From IMG/VR virus record IMGVR_UViG_3300014309_000025, positions 66 through 64,065 of that record: a stretch of DNA of 64,000 nucleotides; one strand, given 5' to 3'. The first letter of the stretch is position 1, and each line of letters starts with the position of its first letter. Positions 28,675 through 38,436 of this stretch are shown here, piece after piece. The notes beneath the pieces were generated by a model. The model was not told where the DNA came from and did no database searches. It saw nothing but the letters and a program-made list of their open reading frames with translations. This DNA comes from a virus. A program made the translations under genes and the position numbers.

Positions 28675-28814
28675 AGTTGGAGTACTTTAACCTGGCTCAA
28701 GATTCACTTCATTTTACATGGACAGAGTTTCTAAGTTTTTCTTATAAAAGAAGGTCTAAATTTCATGAGCTAAGTAAACAGCTTAATGAAAAAATGAAAA
28801 AATTATCCCCTTAA
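28650..28814 (+). CDS. -1 frameshift extension of the tail chaperone (gpGT-like)
   Basis: Slippery heptamer T-TTT-TTC at 28650-28656. The -1 frame is open (FLSSQDLELEYFNLAQDSLHFTWTEFLSFSYKRRSKF...LSP*) to TAA 28812-28814, 3 nt before the tape-measure ATG. Confidence 0.75.
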   Translation, partial: FFLSSQDLELEYFNLAQDSLHFTWTEFLSFSYKRRSKFHELSKQLNEKMKKLSP

Positions 28815-28817
28815 ATT

Positions 28818-30890
28818 ATGTATGGTAATAGTACTTTAGGCATTGGTTTATCCATGTACCTAAGGGACCAATTCTCTGCACCCGCTGCAAGGATAAGTTC
28901 CTCTGCCACCCAACTAGAAGGCAGGATGGCCTCATTGAAATCCCAATTAATGATGGAGAGGAATGTGGGAGCAGGTATGGCATTCGGTGGGGCAATGGCT
29001 TTAAGAGGACTTCATAGAGTAGTAGAGGAAGGGGCTGAGTTTAGCTTTGCAATGGCTTCAGTAAAAGCAGTTGCAGAATTAACAGATAACCAGATGCTTC
29101 ACTTGTCCAAGGAAGTTAAAAGGTTAGGCCAAGATACATTGTTTATGTCTAAGGATGTGGCATCTGCTGCTAAGTACATGGGTATGGCAGGTTTCACATA
29201 CAAAGAGTTGATGGGTACACTTAATGCTGCCGTACAGGTTGCAGGTGCCACCCATTCAGAATTAGGGGGTAAAGGGGGTACAGCTGACATTATGACTAAC
29301 ATAATGCGGGCCTTTATGATTGATCCCGCAAGGAGTGGTAATGCAATGAGGGTAGCAGATATAATGACAACTGCCACTATTAAAGCTCAGCTCGATATGA
29401 ATGATTTGGCAGAAGCCATTAAATATACATCATCCACGGCAATGGACTTAGGGGTATCACTTGAGGACACTGTAGCTATGATTATGACATTAAGTAATGC
29501 AGGTATTAGGGGTACTATGGCCGGTACTGCTATTGAAAATGAATTAAGGTACATGTCAAGGTCCCTTACATCATTCGGTACACCAAAACAAATACAATCT
29601 CTTAAACAATTAGGGTTAACCTTTAATGACCTTCAGGATTCCTCAGGAAACCTTTTACCCATTACCCAGATATTTGGAAAGATGGGTGCATCAATTAAAC
29701 AAAACTTTGGAGGAGAACAAAAATCTTTAGTACAGAACTTACTTCAGAATGTCTTCGGGGTTAGAGGTAAAAGAGCTGCATCATTATTATTAAGAGATTA
29801 TGATACGTTTATGAATTTTACTGAAACCCTTAAATCGGGTTCAATGGGTAGTTCAGTATCAGTTATGAACCAGATGATGGATAATATCTGGGGTACCCTA
29901 GAAAGAATTAAAGGTGCTGCAGAAAATTTACGGATAAACTTTACAGAAGCCATTGCCCCTATAGTAAAAGTAGTAGGTAGAGTAGTTGAGGGTATATTGG
30001 AAATTACTAATGCCATATTTGGTGTTCCTATTTTAGGTACAATACTTGCTGGGGGTTTAGCTGGATTTATTACATGGGTAACTGTATTGGGAACAGCTAA
30101 ACTTTTAGTATCAGGTATAACTTTATTAATGGGTAGTTTTGGTACAACCTCTGCATCATCCCTAATGAGGAATTTAACTGGTTGGAAATCCAGTACACTT
30201 GCTGCTAAAGAATATTATGCAACAATACAAGCTATAAATTTAGCATCAAGTCTCCAAGCTTCTGGTATGATGGGTTTTAGACCCGATTTATATAAGGGTA
30301 AAGGGGGGTATTTTGTAAGGGGTGCTAGTGGGGGTTATAGGACTTTTAGAAATACCGGTAAATTTGCAGATTATGCTGGCCACACATTTGGGGGTGGGGG
30401 TGCTAATGCTGCCACAATCCTAACTGGGGGTGTACTAGGAGCTTCTGTCGGTAAGACTGTTGCATCGGGTTTAGTTAAAGGGGGTTTGGGTAGGGTATTA
30501 GGATTCTTAGGGGGTCCTTGGGGGATGGCTGCAAGTATAGCTTTACCCGCTATAATAGGCGTGCTAACCAGGGCTATTCAAGGTAACACAAAGTCAACAG
30601 AAGAAAACACAAATGTATTGGGTGACAAAAACATGTCAGTTAATGCTAGATACCAAAGGTCATATGAGCACCAGGTAAGATTTTTATCAGATTATAATAA
30701 TGAGTTAACTAATGCAAACAGGTTAGCTCAATTAGTATCTCTGGGAAAACTTAATGGTACTGTAAGCCCAGAAAAAGGTATTAATGGTGACATAGTAATC
30801 AACATAGGCGATCAAAATGTTTTCAGACAATCCTTTAATTCAATACTTAGAGACCAGTTTCAAGTAGCAGGTGTACCATTAACTAGGTAA
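28818..30890 (+). CDS. tail tape measure protein (TP901-like core)
   Basis: DQFSAPA, AAKYMGMAG, AGIRGTMAGT, FGVRG and GGPWG motifs. Confidence 0.92.
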   Translation: MYGNSTLGIGLSMYLRDQFSAPAARISSSATQLEGRMASLKSQLMMERNVGAGMAFGGAMALRGLHRVVEEGAEFSFAMASVKAVAELTDNQMLHLSKEVKRLGQDTLFMSKDVASAAKYMGMAGFTYKELMGTLNAAVQVAGATHSELGGKGGTADIMTNIMRAFMIDPARSGNAMRVADIMTTATIKAQLDMNDLAEAIKYTSSTAMDLGVSLEDTVAMIMTLSNAGIRGTMAGTAIENELRYMSRSLTSFGTPKQIQSLKQLGLTFNDLQDSSGNLLPITQIFGKMGASIKQNFGGEQKSLVQNLLQNVFGVRGKRAASLLLRDYDTFMNFTETLKSGSMGSSVSVMNQMMDNIWGTLERIKGAAENLRINFTEAIAPIVKVVGRVVEGILEITNAIFGVPILGTILAGGLAGFITWVTVLGTAKLLVSGITLLMGSFGTTSASSLMRNLTGWKSSTLAAKEYYATIQAINLASSLQASGMMGFRPDLYKGKGGYFVRGASGGYRTFRNTGKFADYAGHTFGGGGANAATILTGGVLGASVGKTVASGLVKGGLGRVLGFLGGPWGMAASIALPAIIGVLTRAIQGNTKSTEENTNVLGDKNMSVNARYQRSYEHQVRFLSDYNNELTNANRLAQLVSLGKLNGTVSPEKGINGDIVINIGDQNVFRQSFNSILRDQFQVAGVPLTR

Positions 30891-30894
30891 AATT

Positions 30895-31611
30895 ATGACA
30901 ACTATACTTCCCCCCATCGTACCCATACTGGGTTTCTCACTTGATGCTAGGAGACCATTATTTCCTAACACTAGGGGACATGAAGACATAGATAAGGTGT
31001 ATTTACCTATGGAACAAGAAAGCCAGAATAAACAGTCGGGTAATTACCACAACGTATCACAACCCCATACTAATTTTAGTAACCAAAGGGGTGTAAGAAG
31101 GATGGATGGGGTAGTGATAACTAATATAGATAAACTGGGATATAACAAAGGTATAGAATCAATAGTATTACCCTTCATACCCCAAGAGATCAGTGTAAGT
31201 CCAGAGACTACCTATGTATCTATTAAACCAATAGGTAGAAATACCTATAACTATCATTTTATTGGCTCAGAGGATTTAATAGAATTTGAAATTGATTGGT
31301 TCTCAATGGGGGGGCAAAAGGACTACGTAATTAACCAATGCCGAAAAGTAGAAGCGTTATCTAAGCCAGATGGTTATGACCGGGAGCCACCCAGAGTAAG
31401 AATTTTATGGGGAGCCCAAAGTATACTATTCCAGGACAGAACTTTTCAGGTATTAAAAGCCCCCTATAAATTATCTAACTTCAAGGTTGGTTATTATGAT
31501 TCAAATAAGAATTTTGTTAATACTAATATGTTACCGCATCAGGCAACTCAAACAATCACATTAGCAAGAGTAGCAAACGCTAGTTTAACTCACGCAATGA
31601 TACTTAAGTAA
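30895..31611 (+). CDS. tube initiator / baseplate protein
   Basis: PQEISVS...IGRN...YHFIGSED...PPRVRILWG...ATQTITL, resembling contractile-system tube initiators. Confidence 0.65.
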   Translation: MTTILPPIVPILGFSLDARRPLFPNTRGHEDIDKVYLPMEQESQNKQSGNYHNVSQPHTNFSNQRGVRRMDGVVITNIDKLGYNKGIESIVLPFIPQEISVSPETTYVSIKPIGRNTYNYHFIGSEDLIEFEIDWFSMGGQKDYVINQCRKVEALSKPDGYDREPPRVRILWGAQSILFQDRTFQVLKAPYKLSNFKVGYYDSNKNFVNTNMLPHQATQTITLARVANASLTHAMILK

Positions 31612-31631
31612 AAATTAAATAATTACTAGAA

Positions 31632-31913
31632 ATGAACGTTTCCTTATACGAAAGAGGGACCATATATAAGTTTACAGATGGGTCATTATCACTGGACAGA
31701 GCGCCCATTATATACCCCGGTAAATTGACCGATGACTACCACACAGTAAGAGAGGGACAGAGTTTGTTAGATATAGCCGTAGAAAAATATAATGATCCAT
31801 TTTTGTGGTACTTAATTGCTGATGTAAATGATATTGATGATATATTTAATATCCCAATAAATACAACTTTATTAATTCCTAACCCTTCTAACATAGTTGC
31901 AATATATGGCTAA
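31632..31913 (+). CDS. LysM-domain baseplate protein (gpX/gp53-like)
   Basis: HTVREGQSLLDIAVEKYNDPFLWYLIADVN...LLIP. Confidence 0.85.
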   Translation: MNVSLYERGTIYKFTDGSLSLDRAPIIYPGKLTDDYHTVREGQSLLDIAVEKYNDPFLWYLIADVNDIDDIFNIPINTTLLIPNPSNIVAIYG

Positions 31914-33651
31914 GGTCCCTTTGGCGATTATTCAAAATGAGTTAGGTGTAAATATGTTATCTAACTTAGACAGGAATCAGGTATACATCACCTATTTCAA
32001 ATACACCATGGAGGATGATGAGGAAGATAAGTGTATTATAAGATTGCAGGCTAAAAGTGTAGAGGCTATAATTAGAACGGGTATATTTGATTATGATACA
32101 GCTCTAAGAGTACTATGGGGTTTTGTAGGTCAATTATGTAGCCCCATAATAATTTATATTAGGGATGTAAAGACCCACTATGGGGAAGATATAATCTATA
32201 TGGAATTAAACTGTACAGACTTATCATCATACCTAAAATCAACTAAGACGCAGGGTACTGGTAAGGTAACCATATTAGAATACCTTAAACTTTTTGTAGA
32301 GGATAAATACAGAGCTACGATAAAATATAATGGTAAGATAATCTGGAGAAGCTATAGTAAACTTTTACCTGGGCAATTACCCGGTATAAATCCCAACACG
32401 GGTTATGAAGGAAATTCTAATACCCCCAAAAATCTTTTATCCCCTACCCCCCCAGAAACAGTAACAAATACTGAACCCCCAGAACCTAACGATTACTTTG
32501 ATGACACACAAAGCGCTCCCACAATAGGTATGTTTCTAAACACTCCAGTTGATATAGTTAGTGCAAATATATCCCCTTACCATGTACTCAGGAATATTTT
32601 CAGACAGGCCCCAGATGGCCCATGGTTTATATCTGGGGGTGGTAATAATTTACAAATACATAACCGTAATTTACGAAATAGCCCAAATAGGTCTTATACT
32701 TATAGGTCAGATAAATCTTTCCTTAGCTTTGTCCCTACTAGTAAGAGAGAAGTAGCTGATGCAAATATATTAAGCTATACAACTTTAGACCCGACAACTA
32801 AAATAATGACGTCTAGGGAATCTTATATACAGAGTTTGAAGGGGTTGAAGCCTTTACCAGATATAGTTAAAGATAAGTCTATTTCCAAAGAAGAACAGGT
32901 AAAAGGTATTAAAAGTTTATTAGAATCTTATATGGGTTATTTAAACCATGGTGTTGATAAGAGGGCAATATTTGCTAGAGACCCTTTAGCGTTATGGCAC
33001 AACAAACCGGATCAAGGCTATAAGGGTAGGTATATACCTAAGGATGCCTCACCATCTGATCAGTTCCATGCAATGATGAATAACCTAAGTATAGCTGGTT
33101 ACATATATTCTGCACCATTAGATTATCCTGGTGCTGAAATAGACACTATGAAAAATGTGGCTAAGAATATAGAAATGGAAAGGGTTGAAGCAGACATAAA
33201 GGTTGAGGGGGATCCTGGTTTAGTACCTGATAGTATACTTAGCGTTAAGGGCCTATTACCTGCTCATAATGGTAATTGGTATGTAAAAAAATCAGAACAC
33301 GAGATAAATTCTTCTGGGTATATAACAAATTGTGAGGTATTTATAGTTGATGATGCAAACTCTCAAAGTCTCTACAAAACGGATACAGAAGTTAACCCAG
33401 AGGGTGATGATTTTGAAAAGAGATACCTAACAGAAGAGAAACTATTTAATGATATAAATAACCTGAAGGTATTAGTGGGTAGTACACCGGGGGGTTATTA
33501 TTTACCTGGGGTACAGAGTAGTGAAGTTTCTCACTATAAGAATGTAGAAGAGGCCTTACAAGAAGGTGGTATTGATATTAATCAGAACATAGAAAAGATT
33601 GCAAAGTTAATATCAGAATCAAAAACACAGATTAATCCAGATGCAGAATGA
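31906..33651 (+). CDS. baseplate hub protein (gpD/gp27-like)
   Basis: WGF motif and EGDPGL...GNWYVKKSEHEINSSGYIT; ATG at 31906. Confidence 0.75.
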   Translation: MAKVPLAIIQNELGVNMLSNLDRNQVYITYFKYTMEDDEEDKCIIRLQAKSVEAIIRTGIFDYDTALRVLWGFVGQLCSPIIIYIRDVKTHYGEDIIYMELNCTDLSSYLKSTKTQGTGKVTILEYLKLFVEDKYRATIKYNGKIIWRSYSKLLPGQLPGINPNTGYEGNSNTPKNLLSPTPPETVTNTEPPEPNDYFDDTQSAPTIGMFLNTPVDIVSANISPYHVLRNIFRQAPDGPWFISGGGNNLQIHNRNLRNSPNRSYTYRSDKSFLSFVPTSKREVADANILSYTTLDPTTKIMTSRESYIQSLKGLKPLPDIVKDKSISKEEQVKGIKSLLESYMGYLNHGVDKRAIFARDPLALWHNKPDQGYKGRYIPKDASPSDQFHAMMNNLSIAGYIYSAPLDYPGAEIDTMKNVAKNIEMERVEADIKVEGDPGLVPDSILSVKGLLPAHNGNWYVKKSEHEINSSGYITNCEVFIVDDANSQSLYKTDTEVNPEGDDFEKRYLTEEKLFNDINNLKVLVGSTPGGYYLPGVQSSEVSHYKNVEEALQEGGIDINQNIEKIAKLISESKTQINPDAE

Positions 33652-34319
33652 GATATCTTACCTCATTTTTAAATAATATCTTCTACCAAGGAATGGAGTT
33701 CTTTGGTAAATATTATAGTGTATATAGGGGTTATGTAGTAGATAATGATGACCCAGATGGTTTAAATAGGTTATTAGTTAAAGTGCCCCAAGTAACAGGG
33801 GTAAAGACTCATGTTAAATGGGCTTATCCTAGGAATAATTTTTCGGGGGAAAATTATGGTATACAGGTATTACCCAAGAAGGGTGATTTAGTATGGGTAG
33901 AATTTGAATATGGTAAACCAGCTTTCCCCGTATGGTCCCATGGTTATTACTCCCCAAAACAGAAACCCAGTGAATTTAAATCTGTTACTACCTATGGTTT
34001 TAAGAGCCCAGGAAAACAAATGATTATCATAAAGGATGAGGATGGTAAGATATATATAACCGGGGGATCATCTGAAAAATTAGGAGAACATGAAGGTCTG
34101 CTTAAGGTAATAGAAACAACTGAACAGTTAAACAAAATAGAAAATAAGGTTAACGATTGGTTACTTCACTACAAAGGACATATACATATAGACCCAGTAT
34201 CTGGGCAAACGGGTGTAATGGTCCAACCCAATTTAGGATCACCCAGTATGTTACCTCAGCCGGGTAATTTGGAATTAACTGATAAAGACTATATACAAAA
34301 CCCAACAGTACAACACTAA
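33648..34319 (+). CDS. baseplate central spike (gpV/gp5 OB-fold)
   Basis: YRGYVVDNDDPDGLNRLLVKVP...PKKGDLVWVEFEYG...PVW, and an HIH tip motif. Confidence 0.9.
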   Translation: MRYLTSFLNNIFYQGMEFFGKYYSVYRGYVVDNDDPDGLNRLLVKVPQVTGVKTHVKWAYPRNNFSGENYGIQVLPKKGDLVWVEFEYGKPAFPVWSHGYYSPKQKPSEFKSVTTYGFKSPGKQMIIIKDEDGKIYITGGSSEKLGEHEGLLKVIETTEQLNKIENKVNDWLLHYKGHIHIDPVSGQTGVMVQPNLGSPSMLPQPGNLELTDKDYIQNPTVQH

Positions 34320-34323
34320 ACAT

Positions 34324-37300
34324 ATGCCAGGATTCCCCTTAGGTCATTTAATAGATGACTTCATAGAAAAATTGGTTACTAATAATCCAACTTATGCCCC
34401 GGCAGGTCCCCCAGACTTTACCAGTGAGCAGATTGTGGCTATGACAAAAACATTCTCTGATATAGCTACATCAGTACATAACCATATATTATCTTGGTAT
34501 GTAACTAATGATCAACCTTTTCCCGATGAAATGGTAAAAGTATCTAAACTTGACCCTACTTCTGGATACCTTGAAGATAAACTGGATGGTAAGACATTAA
34601 GAGTTAATCCCGATACTCTTAAGGCTGAGGTATATAGTTTGCCTTATGCAACTGATATAATAATAGGGGGAGTAAACATATCAAGGAATCCCGAGTCATG
34701 CATAGTAGTTAAGGCTGATGGTTTATATGTTAGAACCCAGCAAAACTTGTTTCTTAGTAATTCTCTAACAGAAATACCCACAGTTAAGGCCACTAAGGAT
34801 TACGTTACACAGATGATAGTTAATATCACGGGGGGGGGTGGTTTAGGTGATATGTTAAAAATGGAATACGATGTTAACGGTGATGGGGTAGTAGATAATG
34901 CTGAAATGTTAGGGGGACAATTACCCGATTTTTATCTAGACTTTAATAATTTAAACAATATCCCTGAAGCTTTTGATAAATACAATTTTTACGAAAATGT
35001 ACAATTTAATTATAATCAACTATTAAACCCCGTAATCCATAATTTAGCTAATGACCCCTTATTCTCATTAAGCGGGGGTCAATTATATTTTAATACTACC
35101 CAGAAGAGATTAATGTTTTTCGATACTGTAAGTTGGTTACCTTGTTTTTCGGCTATCGACGATTTTATAAACCTAACAGAAGGAACCGCTATATCAGATG
35201 ATGATTATTTAGTTATCTATGACACATCAGTGTCTTCATATAGAAGGATAAGTAGATCAAACTTAACAACTGGACTAGGGGCTGGTATAGCTAACGCTTA
35301 TGACAAAGTAACTGATGGGTCCATTACAGCTAATGCTACTTCAAATGACACTTTAATGTTTAGGGCTGGTGTGGGGCTAACAGTGGTAGTGGGTTCTAAC
35401 AATGCTACTTATGGCGATAATGTATTATATGGTATTGATTTATTGGGATTACCATTAGTAACTACTTTGATTGGGGGTGATACCATTATTACCAATATAA
35501 GTGCCGTTGGCGACAGAAGGATATCTTGGGCCGATTTTAAAAACCAATTACAAACAGATAAATTTGTTAAAGGCCCCACATCTTCAAACAGTGGTTATAT
35601 ACCCACTTATGAAAATACGTCAGGTAATTTGTTATCAACGGGATATTCTGTAGCTACTTCAATTACTACATCTACTACTGCAATACCCACATCAAACGCA
35701 GTTAAAACTTATGTAGATGGCTTAGTAGGTTCTGGGGATGGTCTTTGGACTTTAAGTGGGGGTTATTTATCACCTTTAACATCTTCTAATATTATATCCT
35801 TAGGATTATCCTCGGGGATAGGTTTTGGTGATAATGATACCCATATAAAACAAACAGTGGATGATGTATTAGCTTTTACAGCTAATAACTCTAATGTATT
35901 TAACATAGACCAGTTCAGTGTTGAGGTAGTAAATTCATTTCTACATGTGCATAAATCCTCATTGGGTTATGCTACTTATGGTATATTGGTTAATGGTAAC
36001 CTTAATGAGGGTATAAGAATATATGGGAGCCAGGGTACACTAGGGTATAATTACCTGGGAGAAGGCACAGCTTTTTCGGCCTTTACTAAAACCAATAGAA
36101 CCGGCTTAGATATATATAGAGAAGAAAATGTTACCTCTAGCGATTATAGTAGTATGCTTTCCTTAAGGGGAGTTTACACGGGTCCCTCAACAGCTTACAG
36201 TATTGCCAACAGGTACATATATATAATAGATGATAGCCCTACTGGTAATAATAATACATCAAAAATACTCGAGGCTTCAATAGGATCGGGGGGTAGTACT
36301 GTTACTAGGTTATTATTATGGCCTAGAGTATCTAATATTGATAATGCTGTAGCATATTTGTTAGATACTGTAAATAACCTAACTGCTACTAATTCTCTTT
36401 TAATGTCCCTACGGAATGCGGGGTCTCAAAAGTTTTCAGTAGATGGTTTGGGTAATCTAAGTATAGCTAGATCAATGTACCAGAGTTTTGGTACTGACGG
36501 TATAACCTTACATAGTCTAACAGGGGGTAATACACAAACAACTGGTAAGGCTGTATTAGATTTATACCTGGATTCAGGTAATAACCTACAAATAGTTAGG
36601 TTTGGAAATGCCTCTACTGCTACTTTATTTAGTATGGCTACAGCCAATAGTGCTGCTTTTTATAATGATGGGGGAAATATACTTATAGGTACTATAGATG
36701 ATCAAATTATACACTTTGCAACTAATAACCTGATAAGAGCTTCATTATCCTCAACTGGTCTAAAACTATCAACTACTTATACTACCTATACACCTACTGA
36801 TAAACTTAGTGTGTTAACTTCTACTGTTAGTGCTGGTATGGGTTTATACACCTTCGCTACAGGGGGAGCCTCTACATTTAATTTCTATAGAAGCCAAGGG
36901 GCTTTAGGAACGTTAACCACTACTCCTGCCTCTTCAATCTTGGGGGCAATAAAGGGATATTCTGTAAACAGTCAATCCCAATTAACACATAACATAGCTT
37001 TATATTTTATACAGGATGGGGATGCAAAAACAAATAACAATAACGGTAGTATGGTATTATCTACTATTAATGGTACTGAAACAGATTTGGTAGATAGGTT
37101 TAAATGGTATGCTAATGGGAACTTTGCTGCTGCTGGTACAGTATTAGGTAGTCAGTCAATACCATCTGATATTAGGCTTAAACATGACATTGGTAATATA
37201 GATAACCCTTTAGGAACTATCAAATCTTTAAGGGGGGTTAGGTTTAAATATAACACTAATTATAAACCAAATGACCAAAGAGATCATTTGGGTTTAATTG

Positions 37301-37473
37301 CACAAGAAGTAGTTGACATATTGCCAATACTGGTAACCTTACACCCCATATTTAGTATGGGTGATAAAGAGTTTGAAACAGTTAATTATACTGAGATTAT
37401 CCCCATACTAATAGAAGCAATAAAGGAGTTATCCAGTATGGTTGAAAATTTATCCTTGGGTACTATTAAATAA
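34324..37473 (+). CDS. tail fibre with a C-terminal intramolecular chaperone (peptidase S74)
   Basis: GDMLKMEYDVNGDGVVD motif; C-terminal PSDIRLKHDI...GLIAQEV...VNYTEIIPILIEAIKEL. Confidence 0.88.
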   Translation: MPGFPLGHLIDDFIEKLVTNNPTYAPAGPPDFTSEQIVAMTKTFSDIATSVHNHILSWYVTNDQPFPDEMVKVSKLDPTSGYLEDKLDGKTLRVNPDTLKAEVYSLPYATDIIIGGVNISRNPESCIVVKADGLYVRTQQNLFLSNSLTEIPTVKATKDYVTQMIVNITGGGGLGDMLKMEYDVNGDGVVDNAEMLGGQLPDFYLDFNNLNNIPEAFDKYNFYENVQFNYNQLLNPVIHNLANDPLFSLSGGQLYFNTTQKRLMFFDTVSWLPCFSAIDDFINLTEGTAISDDDYLVIYDTSVSSYRRISRSNLTTGLGAGIANAYDKVTDGSITANATSNDTLMFRAGVGLTVVVGSNNATYGDNVLYGIDLLGLPLVTTLIGGDTIITNISAVGDRRISWADFKNQLQTDKFVKGPTSSNSGYIPTYENTSGNLLSTGYSVATSITTSTTAIPTSNAVKTYVDGLVGSGDGLWTLSGGYLSPLTSSNIISLGLSSGIGFGDNDTHIKQTVDDVLAFTANNSNVFNIDQFSVEVVNSFLHVHKSSLGYATYGILVNGNLNEGIRIYGSQGTLGYNYLGEGTAFSAFTKTNRTGLDIYREENVTSSDYSSMLSLRGVYTGPSTAYSIANRYIYIIDDSPTGNNNTSKILEASIGSGGSTVTRLLLWPRVSNIDNAVAYLLDTVNNLTATNSLLMSLRNAGSQKFSVDGLGNLSIARSMYQSFGTDGITLHSLTGGNTQTTGKAVLDLYLDSGNNLQIVRFGNASTATLFSMATANSAAFYNDGGNILIGTIDDQIIHFATNNLIRASLSSTGLKLSTTYTTYTPTDKLSVLTSTVSAGMGLYTFATGGASTFNFYRSQGALGTLTTTPASSILGAIKGYSVNSQSQLTHNIALYFIQDGDAKTNNNNGSMVLSTINGTETDLVDRFKWYANGNFAAAGTVLGSQSIPSDIRLKHDIGNIDNPLGTIKSLRGVRFKYNTNYKPNDQRDHLGLIAQEVVDILPILVTLHPIFSMGDKEFETVNYTEIIPILIEAIKELSSMVENLSLGTIK

Positions 37474-37485
37474 TAAATTTGGTAT

Positions 37486-38019
37486 ATGACAAACAAGGAG
37501 TTAATAATATTACAATCTAACCTAGAAAAGGTTGATTTATCGCAATTTAAGGAATGGGAAAGTCCTAATACTAGGTTTGATGTATTATACCAAATAGCCC
37601 GGGTTAAAGATAAACTTAAGGGTTTAGTAGAGGCTATAAAATCTACATTGAAAGTGCCCGACAACTTAAATGAGTTTTATGAAGGGGTAAATAATATAAA
37701 TACCCTTTATGCAAGTAGGGATGGTGAGTCGGGTAAACCAAGAACTTTTAAAATACAGGACAGGGAAGTATATGATATCCCCGTGGACATAATGGCTGAC
37801 AAAACGAGTTCTTATAACACAGAGTTAAAAGATCTTAGGGAAAAATTTAAACCCATTATTGATGAGTATAATAAAGAGTTAAAGGGATACCAGATGTTTC
37901 TGGATAAAGAAAATACAGATTTTAACGCTAACTGTATAGCCAGGAAAATGCTACCTTTAGACATATCCCAGGATTTTATAGAAAAATTATTTCCCCTAAT
38001 AATAATAGAAAACCCTTAA
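37486..38019 (+). CDS. hypothetical protein (possible fibre assembly chaperone)
   Basis: Helical 177-aa ORF right after the fibre gene. Confidence 0.6.
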   Translation: MTNKELIILQSNLEKVDLSQFKEWESPNTRFDVLYQIARVKDKLKGLVEAIKSTLKVPDNLNEFYEGVNNINTLYASRDGESGKPRTFKIQDREVYDIPVDIMADKTSSYNTELKDLREKFKPIIDEYNKELKGYQMFLDKENTDFNANCIARKMLPLDISQDFIEKLFPLIIIENP

Positions 38020-38059
38020 GAAAGGTTAACTTTTAAACAACACCATATTTACTTTAAAT

Positions 38060-38434
38060 ATGGCAACATCACTATTTACTTCCGGTTTAATATTCCCCAT
38101 CCAAATAGCAGATGGTAAAGCGAAAATAGTAACCGGTGTAGACTTAATAAAATCATCCATTATCATAATACTTAGTTGGCCCACATTTACTAGGTATTTC
38201 CAAAATTTATTCGGTTCAAGGATAATGGAAACATTAGAAGAACCAAATGATAACATACTGATAAGCTTAGCTGAGGGTTTTGTTGTTGATGCCATCAATG
38301 ACTGGGAACCAAGGATAACATTAACATCTAAAAACATAGTAAGAACATCACCAACATCATTACAAATTAACCTTACCTATTTAGTCAAAGAATTAGGTAT
38401 TCAGGAATCATTATCATACCCTCTTAATTACTAA
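38060..38434 (+). CDS. baseplate wedge / sheath initiator (gp25/gpW)
   Basis: LIKSSI...R...FGSRI...LEEPND...AINDWEPRI. Confidence 0.9.
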   Translation: MATSLFTSGLIFPIQIADGKAKIVTGVDLIKSSIIIILSWPTFTRYFQNLFGSRIMETLEEPNDNILISLAEGFVVDAINDWEPRITLTSKNIVRTSPTSLQINLTYLVKELGIQESLSYPLNY

Positions 38435-38436
38435 CA

